A DNA stretch of 64,000 nt from Planctomycetota bacterium (GTDB lineage Bacteria > Planctomycetota > UBA8742 > UBA2392): contig JAOSKM010000003.1 in the NCBI GenBank assembly GCA_027493625.1, positions 599,028-663,027 on the forward strand. Reading direction: 5' to 3'. Positions 58,881-64,000 of the stretch are shown piece after piece; position 1 is the stretch's first letter, and each line of letters begins with the position of its first letter. Made by a program: the position numbers and the translations under genes. The notes under the pieces were generated by a model. It saw nothing but the letters and a program-made list of their open reading frames with translations. It was not told the DNA's origin and did no database searches.

Positions 58881-60238
58881 GATTGTGTCCTTTGGGGATG
58901 GTTCTGGTTCCTGAGCCAGGCCTGGCGTGCGGCCTCGAGTGTGGGCCAGGCGTCGGGGTCGTCGCGGCGCATGATCTCCCACGGTGTGGTCATGCCCTGA
59001 TTCAGGCGCCAGTCGTCCACCTGCATGCGCTCGGCGGCGCTTTGCTCGAGTTGCGGCTCGGGGTAGTTGACGTGCAGGCGGGCGTCACCGTGCAAGCCTT
59101 CGTGCTCGCGCAGCACGGCCAGGGTCACGTCGATCAGCTGCTGCTCAAAAGCGCGGAACACCTGCTGGCGCTCGACGCGGTCTTCCAGCACCGGCGTCTG
59201 CTGGGCCAGCACGCTGACGCCGCTTACGTTGGCGCCCACGTTGACGCTCAGCACGCTTTCGGGGATGCGCTGCGTGCGCAGCAGGGTCTGCAGCAGGAAC
59301 TCGAGGTCGGCGATCAGCTCACTGATCGGCGCGTTGGGCGACTTGAAGTTCACGCCAAAGGGCTCGTTGCCGCTGACATTGAAGCTGATCGCGCGCGCCG
59401 GCCCGATGGCGATGGGCTGGGCCGGGTCCGGGTTCACGATCTCCATCACGCCGAAGCCCTGCATGGCCACGGTGTGCGCGAGCTCGGACAGCTTGGCGTT
59501 GAACTCGGCGTTGGCCAGCGCAACGGCGCGCCCGCGGCCCTCCGTCCAGAAGCCGTCCACGGGCAGGCGGTCGTGCACGAAGGCGAAGGGCACGCGCCCC
59601 AGCCCGTGCTCTTGCTCTGTCAAGACTCGACCGCCGGCGACGGTGGCGACACTTTCGGAGGACCACACGTGTGCAAGGGAGCCGTCGCCGGCGGCGAATG
59701 CGATCACCGCGGCCGGGGTGTCCGGGCGGTTGAAGTCAGGAATCACGGCCAGGCGGTGCGCGGGCCAGGGCCACCAGCAGACCTCGCCATGCTCATAGCT
59801 GACGCGCACGGCCGACACGCCCTGCAGGCGGGTGAGGCGGTCGAGATTGAGCAGCAGCAGGTCCGGGGAGTTGCGGTCCCAGACGCGCTGGATACGCTCG
59901 CGCACGCGCTGGTCGGCCTCAAGGCTGCGCTCCACGGGGCGGCGGTAGAGCTGGCTGAGCACGTCGATCACGACGCGGGTGATGTTCAGGAATTGCTTGT
60001 GGGGGCGGCGCAGGAACTCGCCCGCGGGCTCGCCGGGCAGGCGCGGGATGTGGCGCAGCTGGTCGCCGCGGTACATGTCCCAGGTGAAGCGGCACTGCTC
60101 GCGGAATGCGTCGTCGCCCTCGGCAGTGTAGAGTGCGAACAGCTCTTCGGGCGTGGCCGCCGCCGGGCGCGGTTTGCGCAGCAGCGGCGCGGTGTGCTCG
60201 AGGGCGACTGACAACGCTTGGGTGAACGGGTCCGGCAT
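58877..60238 (-). CDS. Phage portal protein (SPP1 gp6-like)
   Basis: LNIT..VID..S.LY...V.R, H.LGRVPF, SGVS; about 450 aa upstream of scaffold and capsid. Confidence 0.8.
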   Translation of the reverse strand: MPDPFTQALSVALEHTAPLLRKPRPAAATPEELFALYTAEGDDAFREQCRFTWDMYRGDQLRHIPRLPGEPAGEFLRRPHKQFLNITRVVIDVLSQLYRRPVERSLEADQRVRERIQRVWDRNSPDLLLLNLDRLTRLQGVSAVRVSYEHGEVCWWPWPAHRLAVIPDFNRPDTPAAVIAFAAGDGSLAHVWSSESVATVAGGRVLTEQEHGLGRVPFAFVHDRLPVDGFWTEGRGRAVALANAEFNAKLSELAHTVAMQGFGVMEIVNPDPAQPIAIGPARAISFNVSGNEPFGVNFKSPNAPISELIADLEFLLQTLLRTQRIPESVLSVNVGANVSGVSVLAQQTPVLEDRVERQQVFRAFEQQLIDVTLAVLREHEGLHGDARLHVNYPEPQLEQSAAERMQVDDWRLNQGMTTPWEIMRRDDPDAWPTLEAARQAWLRNQNHPQRTQS

Positions 60239-60319
60239 CGGCTTGCTCCGCGGGGGCAACCTGCCCCTCACCCCCTTGCGGCCGATGGAGTCGGATTTCG
60301 GTCAAAACGAGGCGAAACG

Positions 60320-62281
60320 ATGGGCTTTCTCGAAGACAGGGTCGCGGCCGAAATGGCCCAGTGGGGCGGGTTTGCGGCCGGCGGCATCGACGCGGAAAAA
60401 ATATCCGGGAATTTTTCGCGCCCCCCGAAGCCCGAGCTCGGGGACCTGGCGTTTGCCACCTTCAAGTTCGCCAAGGACGCCGGCCTGAAGCCCAACGAGC
60501 TGGCGGCGAAGTTGATCGAGGGCGCGAAGCCCGAAGGGCTGGTGGTCGAAGTCAACGCGGCGGGGCCCTACGTCAACGTGCGACTCAACCGCACGCTGGC
60601 CGCCAAGGCGGTGCTGGAGGAAGTCGAAATGCGCTCGGCCGGCGCCGAGCCGCAGGACTGGCGCTTCGGCGACGGCGAGGCCGGTCGCGGCAAGACGCTG
60701 GTCATTGACCTGTCAAGCCCGAACATCGCCAAGCCCCTGGCCGTGCACCACCTGCGCTCGACCATGATCGGCTACAGCATCAAGAAGCTGCGCGAGAGCC
60801 AGGGCTGGCGCGTGATCGGCATCAACCACCTGGGCGACTGGGGCACCGGCTTCGGCAAGCTGATCGCCGGCATCAAGAAGTACTTCCCGCAACTGGCCGA
60901 GGCCGCGAAGACCAGCGACCGGCCGCTCGGCGCCATGACGGTGCAGGAGCTGAACGAAACCTACGCTCGCTTCAACCAGGAAGCGAAAGACGACGAAGGG
61001 CTGGCCGAAGCCGGGCGCGACGAGTTCGCGGTGCTGGAGCGCTACATCGAGGCGCTGCTTACCAAGCCCGCTGGGGGCGAAGGCAATCGTCTGGATGAGC
61101 AGGCGCGCGAAAGCGGTGTCGTCAACTTCCGCATCTGGGAGCACGCCCGCGAAATCAGCCTCACCGAGTTCGAGCGCATGTACGCACACCTCGGCCTCAG
61201 CTTCCGCATGTGGCCGGTCGTCGATGAAGTGCACGCGAAAGTGCTGACCGAAGAACCCGAGGCCTTCTACCGCGAGCACTGCATCTACGTGGGCGAAAGC
61301 TACTACGTCACGGCTGAGGACCTGTGCCGCCGTCTGATCGCCGACGCCGTGGCCAACAAGGTCGCCGAGGAAAGCGAAGGCGCGCTGGTGATCTTCACCC
61401 ACGGTGCGAAGAAGCCGCCGCTGATGCTGGTCAAGAACGACGGCGCTACCAGCTACCACGCGCGCGACATGGCCGCGGCCCTGTACCGCAAGCGGCACTG
61501 GGGGCTCGACGAAATGACCTACGTGGTCGGCGGCGAGCAGAAGCTGCACTTCGAGCAGCTGTTCAAGGCGCTCGAGTTGCTGGGCCACGACTTCGCGAAA
61601 CACTGCACGCACACCGACTTCGGCCTGCTGCTGTTCCAGCAGACGGACGGCAAGTGGGCCAAGACCAGCACCCGCAAGGGCACCGCCATCATGCTGGAAG
61701 ACCTGCTGGATGAGGCCGTGCAGGCCGTGCGCGACATCATCGCCGAGAAAAACCCGGAGCTTGCCCAGGACGCCAGCCTGCGCGAGCACATCGCGCACGC
61801 GGTAGGCGTGGGCGCCGTGGTGTTCAACGATTTGAAGAACGGGCGGCGGAACAACATCAAGTTCGACTGGGACGCGGTGCTCGATTTCCAGGGCGAAAGC
61901 GGCCCCTACATGCAGATGCAGTACGTGCGCATGGGCAGCGTGACCGAGAGATTCCGCGAGGTGTACGGAGAGCCGGTGTTCGAGGACGGCAACGCCGACC
62001 GCCTGGGCCTCGAGGAAGAGTGGCGCATCGTGCAGCAGCTCGCGGGCTTCCCGGACGCTGTGGCGAAAGCCAGCAGCGAGTTCGAACCCAGCATCGTCGC
62101 GCGCCACCTGGTTGAGCTCGCCGGCCTGGCCTCAAGCTGGTGGACGGCCACCAAGGACACCCGCATCGTCGGCGACGACCGCGAGCTGAGCCTCGCGCGC
62201 CTGCGCCTTGTGAACGCGATCCGCAAGGTGCTGGGCCGGGGCCTGCAACTGCTGGGCATGGAGTTGGTCGAGCGCATGTAG
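60320..62281 (+). CDS. argS: Arginine--tRNA ligase
   Basis: GPYVN, SSPNIAKP..HHLRSTMIG, NHLGDWG, STRKG, G..GPY.QM, C-terminal ERM. Confidence 0.96.
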   Translation: MGFLEDRVAAEMAQWGGFAAGGIDAEKISGNFSRPPKPELGDLAFATFKFAKDAGLKPNELAAKLIEGAKPEGLVVEVNAAGPYVNVRLNRTLAAKAVLEEVEMRSAGAEPQDWRFGDGEAGRGKTLVIDLSSPNIAKPLAVHHLRSTMIGYSIKKLRESQGWRVIGINHLGDWGTGFGKLIAGIKKYFPQLAEAAKTSDRPLGAMTVQELNETYARFNQEAKDDEGLAEAGRDEFAVLERYIEALLTKPAGGEGNRLDEQARESGVVNFRIWEHAREISLTEFERMYAHLGLSFRMWPVVDEVHAKVLTEEPEAFYREHCIYVGESYYVTAEDLCRRLIADAVANKVAEESEGALVIFTHGAKKPPLMLVKNDGATSYHARDMAAALYRKRHWGLDEMTYVVGGEQKLHFEQLFKALELLGHDFAKHCTHTDFGLLLFQQTDGKWAKTSTRKGTAIMLEDLLDEAVQAVRDIIAEKNPELAQDASLREHIAHAVGVGAVVFNDLKNGRRNNIKFDWDAVLDFQGESGPYMQMQYVRMGSVTERFREVYGEPVFEDGNADRLGLEEEWRIVQQLAGFPDAVAKASSEFEPSIVARHLVELAGLASSWWTATKDTRIVGDDRELSLARLRLVNAIRKVLGRGLQLLGMELVERM

Positions 62282-62282
62282 C

Positions 62283-63461
62283 TCAAACGGGCAGCGCGCC
62301 GTCTTCACTCAGCGGCGGCAGGCCCGCGAGCTTGAGCGCGTGGTTCATGCCGCTGCGCATGTGCATGGTGGTGTAGGCGTCGTTGCGCGCCACGGTTGCC
62401 GCCCATGCCGGCCCCCACAGCCTGCGCGCTTCCTCCATGCGCCCGGCCTGCGCCAGCGCGGCGGCCAGGTAGGCCTCGGCGAATTCGCGCCGAACGTCCA
62501 GCCCGTTGGCGGCGGCACGCGCAATCACGTCGCGATAGAGCTTCTCGGCGAGTTCCAGCCGGCTGGTCTGGCGATACAGGTTGGCAAGGCTGCACGACCA
62601 GCTGAGTTCAACCGGCAGGTTGCGCGAATCGCGGGCGATCTCGATCGCGCGCTTCAGCCCCGCTTCAGCATCTTGAACCCGTCCGTCCATGGAATCCAGC
62701 ATCGCCAGCGTGCCGACGGCCGCGTCCTCGGCGCGCCGGTAGCCGGTTTCGCGGGCACGAGCGATCACTCCCTGCAGAGTTTCGCGGGCGATGTCGTGGT
62801 CGCCCTTCTCGCAATGCCAGACGGCGAAATTGATCAGCGACAACAGCTGCTTCTTCAGGTCGCCGCGCTCGCCCCAGAACCTGGCGGCTTCCGCGTGCGC
62901 CGCCGCGACCTGAGGGCCATTGTCCGTGTGCGACTCCACGATGACCCGGTTCGACTTGAGAACCATGTAACCCGGGAGATCCCGAACCGGGTCGATCAGC
63001 GTTTCCGCCTTGGCGAATTCCTCGAGCGCCGCCGGCAGGTCACCGAGGCGATAGCGCAGCATGCCGCCATCGAGCAGAGCCACGGCGCGCAGGTAGTTGC
63101 CGGCGGCGGGGTGGGCTGCCAGTTTCGTGAAGAGATGCAGGGCCGAGAGGTGGCGGAAGCCGCGGCTCTCCAGCTCGGCGGCGCGGTACAGGTACAGCGC
63201 CGCCTTGCCTGCGGCACGCTCGCCGGCAAGTTCCGCGTGTTCGGCCAACTCCAGTGCATAGCTGTCGGTGGGGTGCGGATCGAATTGATCCGTCCAGCGG
63301 GACTCCGCGAATCCCGGCGCGCCGCCGCACAGCTCCTCAAGGATCCCCAGCGCCAGCGCGTGCAGTGCCGCGCGCTCGCCGGGCGGCTGCAGCTCATAGG
63401 CCGCCTCGCGCACCAGCGCGTGGCGGAACAGGTAGGCAGTCTCGGCCGGGATCTCGTTCAC
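62283..63461 (-). CDS. TPR protein with N-terminal YLFRHAL motif
   Basis: MalT-type TPR repeats. Confidence 0.8.
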   Translation of the reverse strand: MNEIPAETAYLFRHALVREAAYELQPPGERAALHALALGILEELCGGAPGFAESRWTDQFDPHPTDSYALELAEHAELAGERAAGKAALYLYRAAELESRGFRHLSALHLFTKLAAHPAAGNYLRAVALLDGGMLRYRLGDLPAALEEFAKAETLIDPVRDLPGYMVLKSNRVIVESHTDNGPQVAAAHAEAARFWGERGDLKKQLLSLINFAVWHCEKGDHDIARETLQGVIARARETGYRRAEDAAVGTLAMLDSMDGRVQDAEAGLKRAIEIARDSRNLPVELSWSCSLANLYRQTSRLELAEKLYRDVIARAAANGLDVRREFAEAYLAAALAQAGRMEEARRLWGPAWAATVARNDAYTTMHMRSGMNHALKLAGLPPLSEDGALPV

Positions 63462-63470
63462 GCGCGGATT

Positions 63471-64000
63471 CTAGTCGCCCTGCCCGTCGCGGTCAGGTGT
63501 GCCGGGGAATCGCTCCCGCAACTCCGCCTCCAGTCGCCCGATCGCGGCCAGGTCGCCTGATTGGCGGATGAATTCAATGCCGCGCCGCCACTCGGCCTGG
63601 TCCGGTGCGACGTTGTCACGCCGCGCAAGCGTCATCACGCGATGGCACACCGTGTAGCCCTGCAGGCGCGGGTCGCGGACCTGTTCCGCGAGCAGCGCCG
63701 CGCGCTCCAGCTCGCGCAAGGCTTCCTCGAAGTCTCCGTCTTCGAAAAGCGTGTCCGACAGGTTCAAGCGCCCCACGCACTCGGCGCCTGCATCACCGCT
63801 CGCCTGGTGCATCGCGAGCGACTCGCGGGTAAGGCGCAGCGCCTCCGCCTTGCGTCCGGTGCGGAAGTACAGCACGCCCAGGTTGCCCAGTGTTGTCGCC
63901 AGCTTGCCCAGGTTGCGGGTTTCGCGATGCAGCTCGATCGCGTCGCGCATGGCGGTCTCGGCTTCACTGAAGCGCTCGGCTTCCGTCAGCGCGTGGCCGC
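63471..64000 (-). CDS. TPR protein (5' end outside the window)
   Basis: TLGNLGVLY and LNLSDTL TPR repeats. Confidence 0.75.
   Translation of the reverse strand, partial: GHALTEAERFSEAETAMRDAIELHRETRNLGKLATTLGNLGVLYFRTGRKAEALRLTRESLAMHQASGDAGAECVGRLNLSDTLFEDGDFEEALRELERAALLAEQVRDPRLQGYTVCHRVMTLARRDNVAPDQAEWRRGIEFIRQSGDLAAIGRLEAELRERFPGTPDRDGQGD

Noticed and set aside
46176..60238. tRNA array as simple cargo co-transcribed with a prophage, with HNH as terminase partner
   Set aside because: A terminator separates the two units, the array has its own promoter and attenuator, and no terminase or att/integrase is visible. Shared ancestry is not excluded

Overview
High-GC bacterial chromosome segment. 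Gene and repeat content suggests Planctomycetota (inference). Several single-base frameshifts and one garbled tract look like sequencing errors. Layout: (1) 1-11870, a lower-GC island at the 3' end of tRNA-Arg(ACG), with a Type III-like DNA methyltransferase, two nuclease-like ORFs, an S8 lipoprotein protease and orphan ORFs. (2) 12-21.7 kb, signalling and glycan genes interspersed with composite inverted-repeat elements. (3) 21.9-27.4 kb, an STM4015-STM4011-like operon (LRR, ATP-grasp, HAD, hydrolase, two radical SAM) beside tRNA-Thr(CGT). (4) 28-46 kb, an HD protein, surface proteins, a two-component system, three PDZ-ended paralogs and a giant Gly-Cys-CTERM surface protein. (5) 46.2-49.2 kb, the most striking region: a minus-strand array of 16 atypical tRNAs with an internal HNH nuclease, three non-tRNA structured elements and a boxA-like site, preceded by a palindromic operator/promoter and a leader-peptide attenuator. 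Five of these tRNAs swap the normally invariant G19-C56 elbow pair in a compensatory way. (6) 49.2-60.2 kb, a compact portal/scaffold/capsid/tail/lysis-like operon with no recognisable terminase, integrase or replication gene, divergent from argS. (7) argS and TPR proteins. All tRNA folds and alignments were done by eye.
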